A DNA stretch of 64,000 nucleotides from Mobula hypostoma (GCF_963921235.1 NC_086097.1:56298001-56362000), one strand, 5' to 3'. Counted from the first letter of the stretch, positions 1 to 13,399 are shown. The notes: generated by a model not told the origin, from the letters alone. A program made the numbers and translations.

Positions 1-170
1 AAGCTACTGCAGCGTAGGAGGAAATGCGATGCCACCAAGCGGACCACGCTGCGACGCGTAGTTACATTTTTGGGGAGGTGCGCGTCAGGCAACGGCGTAG
101 GGTATGGTGTAGGGTACGCAGCTACGCCGTACCTACAGCGTCAATTTGACACACAAGTATAAATTTGCCT
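1..170. mobile_element. Right end of a non-autonomous DNA transposon, probably PIF/Harbinger-like, cut off by the window start
   Basis: CpG-rich segment ending ...acacaagtataaatttgcct, followed by TAA (171-173), the TWA target typical of Harbinger elements. The left end is outside the window, so TIR and TSD cannot be confirmed. Confidence 0.4.
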
Positions 171-789
171 TAAGGCAAGCACTGGAGCAAAAATAAAAAT
201 AAAATTTGATTTTTATTGTTTGTGAGATCTCAAAAACTCTTGAAAATATCACATTAGAAAGTCATTTACTACTACGCAGAATTATTATAAATACAAACCA
301 AATTTTATTGTGGAGGGTCAAATAAAAAAGATACATTATTCTAAAGGAAACATCTAAACACAATACCCTGTCTCATACCGAACCAGAGATGAGAGATTTT
401 AATAAAATTAAAAATATGGTTCGAGGGTACAGTTATGATATTTCCCCACTGGCTCACTTAAACATCAGTTATTTCTAATTGATGCCGCACTTATCTAAGT
501 CATACCTATAGCTCTTAAAGAGAACCTGACCAGTGAATGAAACAGCTAACTGGGTGTTACCCCACTGAACATTCAGCCCATTTCTTTGACTGAATGCTCT
601 ATGTCTTTGTAAAGAGAGAAAGTAGGCCCCATAGCCACAAAAGGCCAAAATGAAATGCAAGAATGAGATAGTGACTAGGAAGTTGGATGGCTTAAGTGAA
701 GCTTTGAGAACCTGGTCTCAATACCAGAGGAATAATAATGTCCTAACATACCTTGATAAAAAGAAAATCATTCTCAGTTTAACACTCAA

Positions 790-1363
790 ACACACAAGAG
801 ATTCTGCAGATGATGGAAATCCAGAGTAACACACACAAGATGCTGAAGGAACTCAGCACATCAGGCAGCATCTATGGAAATGAATAGACAACTGATGTTT
901 CAGGCCAAGATACTTCTTCAGGACTGGAAAGGAAGGGGGAAGATGAGAGATTTAAAAAGGTGGGGGAAAGAGGACCAGCTAGAAGGTGATAGGTGAAGCC
1001 AGGTGGGTGGGAAAAGTAAAGGGCTGGAGAAGAAGGAATCTGATAGAGAGGACAGTGGACAACAGGAGAAAAAGGAAGAGTAGGGGCACCAGGGGTAGGT
1101 GATAGGCAGGTGAGGAGTGGTAACCCTACAGAAGGCCAAAGTGGGAAATAAAAGAAGAGGGAGGGAGGAAAGAAAAAAATTGATGTTCATGTCATCAAGT
1201 TGGAGGCTATCCAGCCAGAAGTGAGGTGTTGCTCATGCACACTGAGAGTGGGCTCATCGTGGCAAAAGAGGAGACCATGGGCTGACATGTTGGAATGAGA
1301 ATGGGGATAGAAATTGAAATGCTTGGCTAGCATCTGCATCCAACACATCATTCTCTACAACTT
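790..1363 (-). mobile_element. Penelope-like retroelement fragment (3' end with GIY-YIG C-terminal remnant) plus a short inverted segment
   Basis: Minus strand 1190-1330 translates to about LAKHFNFYPHSHSNMSAHGLLFCHDE...LDSLQLDDMNINF, resembling the end of vertebrate Penelope ORFs. 790-925 is the recurring terminal repeat with a hammerhead-like core. 1331-1363 is in the opposite orientation and continues at 2701-2777. Confidence 0.65.
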
Positions 1364-2700
1364 AAAGAGTCATAGTCATCTAATCCCTGCTGAACTATTT
1401 AAACCGCCTCATCCCATCAACTTGCACCCAGACTATAGCCCTCTGTACCCCTCCCATTCACATACCTATCCAAACTTTCCTAAATGTTGAAACCAAAATC
1501 ACACCCACCTCTTGTTTGTGCTGGCAGCTCATTCCACACTCTCACCACCATCTGAGTGACAAAGTTTCCTCTCATGTTCCCCTTAAATATTTCACCTTTC
1601 ACCCTTAACCATGATCTCTAGTTGTGGTCTCACACAACCTCAGTGGAAAAAGCCTGCTTGCACTTACTCTATCTATACTCATAATTTTTTATAGCTTTAT
1701 CAAATCACCCCTTTGTTTTACATTCTAGTCAATAAAGTTCTAACTTAATTAATCTTTCCTTATAATTCACATCCTCCAGTCCCAGCGACATTCTTGTAAC
1801 TTATCTCTGTACTCCTTTAATTTTATTGTATCTTTCCTGCAGGTAGGTGACCAAAACTACACACAATTCTCCAAATTAGATGTGAGGTCTACAAGCTTTG
1901 ATAGTCTTCCTCATTGTCCACTACACCCCAATCTTGGGGTCATCTGCAAATTTGCTGATCCACTTAACCCCACTATCATCCAGATCATTGATATGGATGA
2001 CAAACAACAGTGGACACAGCACTGATCCCTGTGGCACACCACTAGTCACAGGACTCCAGTCAGAGAAGCAACCATCTACTGCCACTCTCTGGCTTCTCCT
2101 GCAAAGTCAATGTCTAATCTAATTTACTACCTCGCCTCGAATGCCAAGTGACTAAACCTTCTTGATCAACCTCCCATGTGGATCCTTGTCAAATGCCTTG
2201 CTGAAGGCAATGTAGACAATAGCCACTGCCTTGCTTTCATCAACTTTCCTGGTAATATCCTCGAAAAACTCCATAAGATTGGTTAGGCACGATCTACCAT
2301 GTACAAAACCATGCTCACTATCTCCAATCAATCCCTGTCTATCCAAATACTCATACATCTGGTCTTTTAGAATACATTCTAATAACTTTCCAAATTCTGA
2401 TGTCAGGCTCACCGGCCTATATTTTCCTGGTTTATTATTAGAGCCTTTCTTAAACGGTAGAACAACATTAGCTATCGTCCAATCCTCCGGTACCTCACCT
2501 GTTGCCAAGGAAGATGTAAATATCTCTGCAAGGATGCCAGCAATTTCTGCACTTGCCTCCCACAGGGTCTGAGGGAACACGTTGTGTGGAGATTTATTTA
2601 CCCTTATTTGCTTCAGTACAGCTAACACCTCCTCCTCTGTAATCTGTACAAGGTCGAAAGCCTCAATGCTGCTTTGCCTCACTTCTATAGACTCTGTGTC
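1364..2700 (-). mobile_element. CR1 LINE, 5'-truncated and internally deleted
   Basis: ORF 2152-2682(-) has CR1 ORF2 motifs (VPEDWTIANVV, YRPVSLTS, HGFVHGRSCLTNL, FSKAFDK). A CR1-type 3' end lies near 1364-1450. Flanked by a near-TSD caactt (1358-1363) / cagctt (2701-2706). Confidence 0.85.
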
Positions 2701-2777
2701 CAGCTTCCACTATCTTCAACAGTATCCTATCACCAAACACATCTTTACCTCCCCTCCAACTCTCTGCTTTCTGCAGA

Positions 2778-4410
2778 TGTTGTATATTTAATATTTCAGT
2801 AATAGTGTAAAGATATGGTTTGATTAAGCATCCTTTTTAGTTTAAGTAACTCATTACAGGTTATATGTAAAAGTATGTGAAAGGCATAGGTCATTACACC
2901 ACCATGTCATAAGTGCGTGCCTCGTTAAAGTAAAAATGAAAGTAGACACAAGTTATCCTTGCTCTCACCTGTTTTTCTTTTGTTTAGTTTTATGTTCTGG
3001 AGTTACAAACAGTGGTGATGGTTAAGTTTTAAATGAACCAAAGACAACTACCTACCTGTTGAAGTGCAGTGAGATGTTTGAGTTTTTAAAAAGCACTCAG
3101 TAAGACGTACAGTTTTTAAGAAGTGCACAAGATGAGAAGATGATCAAGTTTTTAAAAACACAGAAAATGGATGAATTCCTAGGTTCATAAACAGTGAGTA
3201 CTGGATGATAATAACAATACATTTTTAAAAAAGCAGGAATGGGCATCAGAAAGATAGACACATTCAATTACAGAAGAGATAAGGTGCAGAAGAGATGTCA
3301 CGGGTAAGTTTTTTACGCAGAGAATGGTGAGTGTGTGGAATGGGCTGCCGGTGACAGTGGATGCGATAGGGTCTTTTAAGAGACTCCTGGATAGGTACAT
3401 GGAGCTCAGAAAAATAGAGGGCAATGGGTAACCCTAGGTAATTCTAAGGACATGTTCAGCACAGCTTTGTGGGCCGACGGGCTGTATTGTGCTGTAGGTT
3501 TTCTATGTTTCTATGTTTCTAAGCTAACTAGAATATATATATTGAGAAAACTGAGCAGTTTGTTAAAGCAAATGGAATAGCCAAAGAGAAATGAGTGCCA
3601 GTTTTGCACAGTACTATTGGTGGAAGAGTATACAGTTTGCTCAGAAGATTGAATGTTCCAACCTAACCAGCCAAAGTGAGCTTTGCTGCTATTGTGAAAA
3701 CAATGCAGGAACATTTAGAACCAAGACCATTGTCAATTGTAGAATGCTTTAGGTTTCATAAACAATATCAAAAAGAAGGAGAGTCCATGGCTGAATTGAA
3801 GCGGTTATCTAAGCATTGCATGTTCAATGATGGGCTTAATGATGCACTGAGAAATTATTCAAGAAAGTATTCAAAAATGGCTCCTAACTGAAGCACAACT
3901 TACATGTAAAAGAGCAGTTGAAATCACTGTAACAATGGAAACAGCAGAGACACAATTGAGTTGCAATCAGGAATGAAGTTGAGCTTAACAAAATTACAAT
4001 GTCTAAACAGAACTTGCCTGGCTGAACAAATTCTGTTACAGTTGTGACAGGGGCTAACATACATCGGACCAATGCAGTTTTAAAGGCGAAACTTGAAGAA
4101 AATGCAACAAAGTAGGATACATACAAAGAGCATGTAGGACAGACAAAAATAAATGGACAGCACAAGGGAGAGAAAATGATAAAAATTCAAGTTGCAATTT
4201 GAAAAAGAGCACTAATCTGCATACCGTTGATGAAAAGTTTGATTGCGATGAGAGTGACACAGGACTGAGTAAACTTGAGATTTACAATGTGAAAATTGAC
4301 AGGAGACAAGCAATGTGGCATACACTAGAAGTGAACAGCAAATTAACTAAAATGGAATTGAACACTGGCTCTGTTGTTTCAGCCATTTTACAAAATGAGT
4401 TTAAACATTT
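2778..4410 (+). mobile_element. Truncated Gypsy (Mag-type) LTR retrotransposon: 5' LTR, degenerate PBS, gag-protease remnant
   Basis: TGT...ACA segment 2778-3011 followed by gtggtgatgg (PBS-like). Frameshifted gag (QEHLEPRPLSIVECFRFHKQYQKEGES...LNDALR) and protease-like MELNTGS, homologous to the element at 46418-51282. No pol or 3' LTR seen. Confidence 0.75.
3283..3521 (+). mobile_element. CR1 3'-end fragment with (TTTCTATG)n tail inserted in the Gypsy gag
   Basis: CR1-type terminus (ttttttacgcagagaatggtgagtgtgtggaatgggctgcc...ttctatgtttctatgtttcta). Near-TSD agataa (3277-3282) / agctaa (3522-3527). Confidence 0.75.
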
Positions 4411-7400
4411 GTAGCTCTGGTCTCAAGTGCTATTGCAGGAATAGCTCATGTTTGCCATGCCATCAAGTACCTAGTCTTTGAGCATAGATGAAGAAGCCAT
4501 TTAAAGATTCAGAACTGGGCCAAGTCTCATCAGTGTGTCCACATAACATGGGTACAGGAATTCAACTTTCAGTTCAAAACCATGTTCCAATGCCTGGTCA
4601 ACACAGTACATTAAATGAATACCTATATATACAAATCAATGCTTTTTTATGTATGGCAAAATTGTTGAAGTCACTGGTGCATGGATGGTTGAGACAATAG
4701 CTTTAATGCATTAAAATGGGACCCCTATAAGGGAGAAAGAAAGAAAAGGAAATGTTGAAAAGATGACATAAAGGTATCAGGTTACTGAAAATGAAGCTAA
4801 TGAGAATAGACATTCTCTATGCTATAAAATTTTATACAATTTGTGAAATATGGGGCAAAATTGTTCTTACTACATCCAGCAGTTCTGAAGGAAATCTCTG
4901 TCATTCAGCTACTATGAGCTGATTAAATCCTGGATCAATGTGGACTAGCCACAAGTCTACAGGACATTCAACAACAGAGCTGAGCTTTATACTAAGGAGC
5001 GGTGTTCTTATCCTAGGACACGTCTATGACATCTAAGTTAGACCTATCATTTAGTATCAGAGACCCCATAGAGTAACTTACCATCCAACCTATTTACTCG
5101 AGTTTATTTTTCTTAATAATTCATCAACCATCATTATAAATTTCAGAATTAAAATCCCTGATTTGACAGGAGACAAAGCTCTGTTTCTTTGCTTCCTGTT
5201 AATGCTGTCAATGCTGCTGGGTCTGTTGCAGTTCAATACTTGGAACACACCTGCCATTGAGGGCTTGCTGTCTGACTTCTGGGTGCAGACTGTCAGTTTC
5301 ATCAGACTTCTGTGTCCTGACCAAATGACAGTGGACAGGGACAAGGATGACAAGAGAAATCCAGTTCAATTTGACCCAATTTTTCAATCACTATTTATCC
5401 TTAATGCACTTAAACATAACTTTTCAGATGTCAAAGTGTTCTGCATCAAAACAAAAAGAAACCTATTCATTTATTATCTGAATAGGAGCTGGAAACATCG
5501 ACATCACAAAAGTTCATGCTTGCACTGGCAAAAGAAATGAAATTAAAAGGAAATAAAATTAGTATTGATAAATGTGATGTGTCATTAAGATTGCCAACAT
5601 GCCCCTTCCTTATACACATCTATCCAAATGCATTTCCACTTCATAAATACTAATACCATGGGGCAAACTTCAATTTTCAATAGGAGCAGAAAGGGGGTAA
5701 AGTGAATGAATAGATCACATGTTAAGCATTCTGGACGATTTTATATTCACCAAAGTTCAACAGGAAGAAATGTTGCCAGAGACCAAGACAGGCAAGCAAT
5801 TTGTCACCATACATTTCATGATACTACAAAAGGCTTAAAATTACCCCGCAAATATCTTTTAGATGAGAAGTTTTTATGGAAACACACTGTGAGTAATTCC
5901 AATATTTATTATTATTTGCATACAGACTATATAACACCTGTGATATAGGAAACAAAAAATAGTATTGTGAATCTATGATCTCTGATCAGTTCTTTCAGAT
6001 GCTTTATTTAAATTTAAGTTTCATTAATTGATGCTTATGATTTCAGAATCCACAATCTACAGTATTCTAGATTTACTGAAAACAATGCTATTATGTACCC
6101 AGCAAGAGCCCCTTTTAAATGATTTAGTGATTCAGCATTCTTAACAAAATTTAGTTCATTATCGTTAGGTATTTGGAATCTTCTCTATCCAAGCAGCTAA
6201 ATTGTATACAATCCATATATGTCATAAAACATATCTGAAAGAAACCACAGAAATCACTACGTAATTCAAGTCAAATAATTCAAGCAAAGAATTAATGTGA
6301 AACCTTTCGTAACACATAATCACCTATCACCATTCAAAAGGTCAAAACCAACTGTGGTTAAAAAAAAACAGAACATCCATAAGCTGTATTCAACCAACTT
6401 GCTCCTTCTGAAGTCTGTCCAAGATTGTTGTGCTGTGATTCCCAGGGCCTCCTACACTCTATAACAAACACAGTGTGTGTTCCAATCTCTACACTAAGCA
6501 ATGTTAACTTTAAACTGAAGCTGTACTTGCCAACCCCCTGTGGAGTCCAGCACCTGTGCCCTTTTCACATTTGTAACCAGTAATCGCACACTGATGTCTG
6601 TCTGATCACAGCTTCTGTTTGATTATTTATGCCTCTTTTACATAAAATTTATTTCAAATATGCTGTAAAATCATTATAAAAAGGTTAGGAATTAACCACA
6701 AACATGCAATTACAAATCACATGAGATGAGATAGAATTCGTTGTTTGAAGCTAAGAATTCCAGTCACATCAACAATAACTTACAAACTGCAGTTTGATGC
6801 TTACTGTTGAAGTACAATTGAAATATTAAATGTATAATAATATTTATATGTGCCTTCGAAAGTAGGAAAAGCTCAGCAGAGCCATGTCAAATCAATTCTA
6901 TTTAACTATGTTTGATATGTTACAGTTACGGTTTTCAAGCTGTGCAAGTATCTATCACACTTCCAACTGTATTATTTATATGAGGGAGAGGTTTTAGAGA
7001 ATCAACAGGTGAGCTACTCAGTGCAGAATAGCCAGTATCTGAGCTCTTACAGTTGACACAATTAGCTCAGTTGCATTGCGAATCAATGATGATCCCAGAG
7101 ATGTTGATAACAGAGGACATATGAGGGCAACAGTGGAATGTTCCTGCAAGGCTGAGATGTTTAATTTAGATGGAATTGGTTCCTTTGTGGACTGTTTGTT
7201 AGATCTGCCAGTTGAACAACTACAAATGGAAGCGAACACTGTGCAATTAAAACTTTTGCCCTTAGGACAGTGGGTTCAAAAATATAAGCTTATGTTACTT
7301 GGCTCCAGAATGCCACTTTGTTATTGTGCCTGTGGCAATATCCTTAACATGATCAACTCCAAACTAATGGGTGCTTCTAGCTGCAGAGCAAACCTGATCA

Positions 7401-7488
7401 GAATATTTGATTACTTCTTTGCATGCTTTTCCATCCTGTAATTTCTATAGAAACAAATAATGATTATTCAGACCAATGTTTTTTCAAG

Positions 7489-7760
7489 TGGCAGAGTATT
7501 ACAGTTAGTAGTGCTGCAGTCAGACAGCTCCAGGGTTCAATCCTGACAACCAGTTGTCTGCATGGAATATCCACATTCTCCCTATAACCACATGCTGAGG
7601 ATTTCCTCTGGCTGCTCCAGTTTCCTCCCATATGCCAAATTCAAGAGAGCTGGGAGGTTTAATTGCCACTGTAAATTGCCTGAGTGTGAGTGCTAGAAAC
7701 TGGGGAGATTTAATGATAAAGAGGTGCAAATATGTTATGGGGAATAATGAGTGGAAGTTT
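7489..7760 (+). mobile_element. tRNA-derived V-SINE (HE1-like), diverged
   Basis: B-box-like gggttcaatcc followed by a V-domain-like core (tttcctctggctgctccagtttcctccca). Confidence 0.65.
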
Positions 7761-8039
7761 GAGATCAATAGAAAAGAAAAAACTTTTATAGTTTTGGGTG
7801 TACATGATGCACAATAGACCATTGAGCTCAAGGCATAAACCCTGCCCCTTTCCTATCATAATCATCCCATAAATAGACGAGTTATAAACACCCCAGCTTC
7901 GTAATCTCAGTGTTGCTCCACCCAGTCATTACCACATGATGTTTAGTGATCGTCTCCCTTGCCTTTAAGGCTGTGAGATGGGAAAGGAAGTTCAGGTAGG
8001 CAGAGGCCATCAAAAGGCGCTATTTGGCAAGCAAAACAC

Positions 8040-9527
8040 TTTTTTTTTATTATTTCAAAATATACTTTATTCAAAAATAAATATATACAATAACCCATTC
8101 AATAACTTTTCATCCTTTACATACGTTTGCATTATACACAGTACATATCCGTATTTATACCACATCATTTCATTGTTGAGGGGTATACTCCCCGCCCTCC
8201 GACCCCTCCCACTCCCACGGGTGGAGAAACCTATACTGTGGTCCTTCCCCACCGGGCCCTTGCGGTGGCTGCACCAAGTTTCAGTGCGTCCCTCAGCACG
8301 TACTCCTGCAGTCGAGAATGTGCCAGTCGGCAGCATTCTCCCACGGACATCTCCATGTGCTGGTAGATCATCAAGTTACGGGCCGACCAAATAGCATCTT
8401 TCACCGAGTTGATGATCTGCCAGCAGCACCGGACGTTGGTCTCCGTGTGTGTCCCCGGGAACAGCCTGTAGATCAGAGAGTCCTCTGTTACGCAGCTGCT
8501 GGGGATAAACCGTGACACTAGCCCATCCATCCTCCTCCACACCCTCTTTGCGAACTGGCAGTGTGCAAAGAGGTGGGTCACAGACTCCTCCTCACTGCAG
8601 TCCTCCCGTGGGCAATGGGGTGCGGAGACGACGTTCCGGGCGTACAGGAGGGCTCTGACTGGGAGGGCCCCTCTCACCGCCAGCCAGGCGAGGTCTTGGT
8701 GCCTGTTGGTTAGATCTGGCGATGAGGCATTTTGCCAGATGAACTGGACAGTCTGCTCCGGGAACCACCCCACTGTGTCCATCACGTCCTTCTCCTGCAG
8801 TGCCTGCAGGACACTACGTGCCGACCACTGCCTGATGGCCCTGTGGTCAAAGGCGTTCTCCTGGAAGAACTTTGCTACGTAGGACAGGTATGCCGGCAAC
8901 GACCAGCTGACTGGGGCGTTGCGCGGGAGTGGGGCCAGACCCATCCTTCGTAGCCAGGGCGACAAGTAGAACCTGGGCACGTAGCGGTACTTGGTGCCCA
9001 CATACCTGGGCTCTACACACAACCTGATGCAGCCACATACGAAGCTGGCCATCAGGGTGAGGGCGACATTGGGGACGTTCTTGCCCCCGTTGTCCAGGGA
9101 CTTGTGCATGGCGGTCCGTCCCACCCGCTCCATCTTGGATCCCCAGACGAATCTGAAGACAGCCCGGGTGATTTCCGAGCTGTAGGAGCGGGGGACGGGC
9201 CAGACCTGCGCCAAGTACAGCAGCCCTGAGAGCACCTCACACCTGATGACCAGGTTCTTGCCCGTTATCGACAGGGAGCGCCCTCCCCACAGTCCCAGTT
9301 TCTGTTTCACCTTGGCAGTCCGCTCCTGCCAGTTCTTGTTGCACGCCTCCGCCCCTCCGAACCATATCCCCAACACCTTCACGTGGTCAGACCTGATGTT
9401 GAAGGGGACGCTGGATCGGTCGGGCCAGTTGCCGAAGAGCATGGCTTCGCTCTTCGTGCGGTTGACCCTGGCCCCCGACGCTAGCTCGAACTGTTCGCAG
9501 GTGCCAATCAACCTGCGAACTGACCTG
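8040..9527 (-). mobile_element. Tx1-clade (L1 group) non-LTR retrotransposon, 5'-truncated, young
   Basis: About 430 uninterrupted codons in ORF 8231-9598(-): FELASGARVNRTKS, VKVLGIWF, SLSITGKNLVI, and a CCHC finger CPREDC...HLFAHC. GC/CpG-rich. AATAAA and poly(A) tail read as the T-run from 8040. The first ~23 ORF codons are flanking DNA. Confidence 0.9.
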
Positions 9528-9749
9528 TCAAAGGCAATCAACATGTTAGGAGGTGAGGCATCACAGTGCCCAGAACCTACTTGCTTCTTGGAACCCACCT
9601 TCCCTTTGATTGCTGTTGGGTGCAGAAGATCAGCTCATCTGGAGGGAGAGGGAAAATGAGGGAGGGGTGCTTCTGGGATATTTCCAAGATCAAATCCAAA
9701 AGAAATCTCCAATTTTTCTTTACATCCAGATGGAAATCATTTTTCTGTA

Positions 9750-10812
9750 CAATGGATTCTGGGACTCAGCTAGACCAGTATATTTTGGCCCAATTAGTGG
9801 AAGTTTCATGAAAATAGTTAAAATGGCTTTTAAAAACAGGCACTATACGATTTAAGTGAGTAACAAACTACGTATTTAAATGAAATACAAAACAAATTAG
9901 AACACTACCAATACTACTGGTGGTTGTTCAATGTACCTGAAACCTGTACGGGAGAGTATTTTAAAGTGAAAAAGCCGTTGGACTGGGGTAGTTACACTCC
10001 CTCGATCTTAGAAGTCCGAGTCTAGTGGTACAAGTAGTTGTCACAACTGGGGTCTTTCTTGGTTACTGTTTTTTAGTGCCTTAACAAGCCCTTCACTCTT
10101 CATGGAGTGTTTGTTCGACTGCCTCTTGTTGGATTTCACTGTAGATTTCATCCGCCCAGTTAGCCCCGGAGCTGACTTTGCTTGCTAGGACAGGTATGTC
10201 CTTATCTCACCAGGGTATGAGTCCCATCGGCTACCCTCACCTGGTTTAGCTCGCCTGTCAGAGCAATGCACCGGGGTGTGGCTGCTGTCACATACAGCTA
10301 CCTGGAGCCACAGATGACAGCTGAGTGTCCAGTGGGGAGCAAAGGTAACATCAAGATGATTTTCAGTACGTTCAAATTCTTTGCAGAAGAATTTCTTGTT
10401 GACATAGTGAAATTGTTTCATTTTCAGTCATGGCTGTTTTGGCATCTCCAAGCTTGAATGCTTGATACTACTGTGAGTAAAACGGTTCTGAATTGTTTCA
10501 TTGTTTATTTCTCGCCAACTATCAGTGACAAAAATCTCTGCTTTTTGAACACAAACACACACAACTGATGCTATTTAAAAACTGTTTGCCATGAAACACG
10601 GTGCCATGTCTAATGGCCACACAAGTGCACATGACAGAAGCTAGTTAGAAACTGTTCGGCAATAGTCTCCTGCCCCAAACAAGTGGCATAGTGTCCCAAA
10701 TAAACAAGGGGAATTACAACTATTTTCTCAATTTGTTTGTGATCTTTTAAGAGTTATCCCAAATAAACAGCTCCACTGATCCACCAATAACGCAATTAAC
10801 CAGAATCCACTG
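9750..10812. mobile_element. Non-autonomous Tigger/pogo-like (TcMar) DNA transposon, copy 1
   Basis: TA|caatggattctgg ... ccagaatccactg|TA ends. Shares internal sequence with 26943-27669 and 61329-62231. Confidence 0.7.
9920..10340 (-). mobile_element. Unclassified SINE-like interspersed repeat nested in the Tigger-like element
   Basis: Reverse-complement homology to 12950-13390 (e.g. ggctaccctcacctggtttagc vs gctaaaccaaatgagggtagcc). Absent from the other two Tigger-like copies. Confidence 0.5.
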
Positions 10813-12570
10813 TATTTCCTTAGGACATAGAAGGATGCACCTCACCAAGCAGTGCCGTGCACCCACTAATTATACTTTGATACAAATATTCAAAAATAGA
10901 TAGATTGAAATAATGACGGAATCAGAATGGATGTGAATTGGATCTGAGCACTCTCTCCAACACCTGTAGCTCCAACGTTGAATTTAGTAATGATTTGAGG
11001 CATCACAGGCAAACAGGTGAGTGAGAACCTGTCCTTTAGTTCGATTTGGACTTCCACAAAAGCAGAGAGTTCTGAGGTGTGCTGCGATCTTAACAACTGA
11101 TAGAAGGTTATTCAATTTAGAACCACCAGCTATCGCTCGGCACAATTCAAGCCATTGTCTCCATTGCCTTTGAGGCTGTGAGAAGGGAAAGGAAGTTCAG
11201 GAGACACAGCCTATCATCTAACACTAATTGGCAAGCAGAAAATCAAGGGTGAGGGATTTTGGGAAGGAAAAGAAGAAATGCAGCTAACAGCTTATGTTAT
11301 CGGGTTTGGAAGAGCATCTATCATTACTGCTTCTTGATCAACAACAAATAAAATGAAATTTATGTCTATTTGACTTGGTAAACCCTTGACTCATAAACCT
11401 AACACTAACCACAGACAACCACCCACGTTCTCATCCCAAGATTTTGGGCGGTGAGAGGTGAATTTTAAGTAACATCCTGGCTTTTCAGCAGCAATAACAA
11501 TTAAAACCATTGTAGATACCTGAATATACATTAATGAGATGAATTTCTCTGATACTTCCATTGGTGCAAAGTAGACACCTTGGGCAGCCTTATGATGTTT
11601 TTGATGAACATCATTGGTAGGCAAGATTCCAAACCACACAGAAAGTAAATTGGTGGTGTATTTTGAAAGACAAATGAAATGCTGCTGTGCCCTATAGGTG
11701 CATGCCGGGATTTTGTTCCATACTTGATAAGAACTATATTGATTCCATTAGGAATATCATAAGTTCACTGAAATTCTCACTATGACATGTTATAGTCTGC
11801 TCATTTATTCTTCAGTCACTGCCCCACTTTTTAATGAGTGTTTCAGACATGGAGAAAGCCAGTAGCAGTGTATGATATACAAGTGGATTGAGTAATTATT
11901 TCATATATGACATGCAGTGGAATCTTGTTTGTAAAAGAATCAATTTACAGTAACTCTAAAGAAACTATACATGCTGAGTAATAAACAAATTTAACTAGTA
12001 GTTCATCTATTATTAAAACAATACATCATAAATAATAGTAAAACAAAATACAATTCTTTGATGAAATAAGAAATTACCGTTTATTTTATACTTTCAGCTA
12101 ATGTATTGACCGGCAAGGTGAGCAATTTCTCATCTTATATTGCCCTTGAGCTAGTGCTACCTGTCAGGCCATTTCAGAAAACAATCTACTCATTTAAATC
12201 TAAGAGCCATTATTCCTCTCACCAATTATTCTTAAATTTTCTTCAAACCAATTAGTTCATCATACTTATAAATTATTTTCTAACAATGATGCTCAGTTTT
12301 TATTGTATTTTTTAGAAAGAATTCCTTTGTGATACTGCTAAGTACTCACTGAACCCACTGGCTAACACAAATAGAGTTTTACAGACATTCTTTTCACATT
12401 TTACGTAAAGTATTTCCAGCATTTCACCTTCAGTAAATTGCTTTCTATTTACCACAATAATCAAGTATTATCAGTAATAGAAAAGTGAACCCACTTGAAG
12501 TTTCTACTAAAGTCTGTTACAAAGCTACATGAAGATGGACTCTAGATATAACCTACATTATTATGACTTT

Positions 12571-12656
12571 AAGGGTCTCGGCCCAAAACACCAGTTGTAC
12601 TCTTTTCCATAGATGCTGCCTGGCCTGCTTAGTTCCTCCAGCATTTTGTGTGTTGC
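12571..12656 (+). mobile_element. Penelope-like terminal repeat fragment
   Basis: aagggtctcggcccaaaac...agatgctgcctggcctgcttagttcctccagcattttgtgtgttgc, same family as 790-925. Confidence 0.65.
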
Positions 12657-12949
12657 ATGACCTTGTTGTGATTGTCTATCTGTACTGCATTTTCTCTGTA
12701 AATCTAACACTTTATTCTGCATTCTGTATTGTTTTATCTTGAACAATCTCAACATACTGTTGTAATGAATTGATCTGTATAAACAGTATGCAAAACAAGA
12801 TTTTCACGGCACCTTGGTACATGTGACATTAAACCAATTTACCAATTACATTGTATCTTGATCACATATCCAACCCATATCTACCACAGATGATGAAACC
12901 AGAAGTTGTTCTTCAGCTTGTTGGATGATGCAAACTAATGAACAAATAC

Positions 12950-13390
12950 ACTGAGTAGGTGTGTACAGGGTGTCCAGGAAGGGATAGCACCTTGGACACT
13001 CATCTCTCACCTGTTACTCCAAGTAGCTGTTTACATGTGACAAAAGCCACATCTTGGTGCACTGCTTTTACAAATGGGCTAAACCAAATGAGGGTAGCCA
13101 GGGGCCTTATACCCTGGTGAGATAGGGACACACATGTCCTAGCATACAAAGTCATCTCCGGTGATCTACAGTGACATCCAACTGCCAGGAAGGCAGTACT
13201 GCAATGCTCTGTGGAAAGCAAAAGGCATGACAAGGCACAGAAGATGTCATGGTCATCCACTGCAACCAAGGAAGATCCCAGTTTGTAACACTGTTCGAAC
13301 CACTACAGCCAGACTTCTGAGGTCGAAAGAGGTCCACTTTTAAAACTTGCCCGAACAGATCTGCTGTCATCGTCGGGCAAATGGACAACC
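12950..13390 (+). mobile_element. Unclassified SINE-like interspersed repeat, second copy
   Basis: Homologous to 9920-10340 in the opposite orientation. Confidence 0.5.
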
Positions 13391-13399
13391 ACAATTCAG

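Noticed and set aside
5163..7441. ORFs 5163-5540 and 7076-7441 and nearby splice-like signals as exons of a neighbouring gene
   Set aside because: No recognisable homology, and no consistent reading frame could be built across candidate exons.
11391..11639. Minus-strand ORF with a donor-like CAG|GTATCT
   Set aside because: No recognisable protein similarity and only a weak acceptor.
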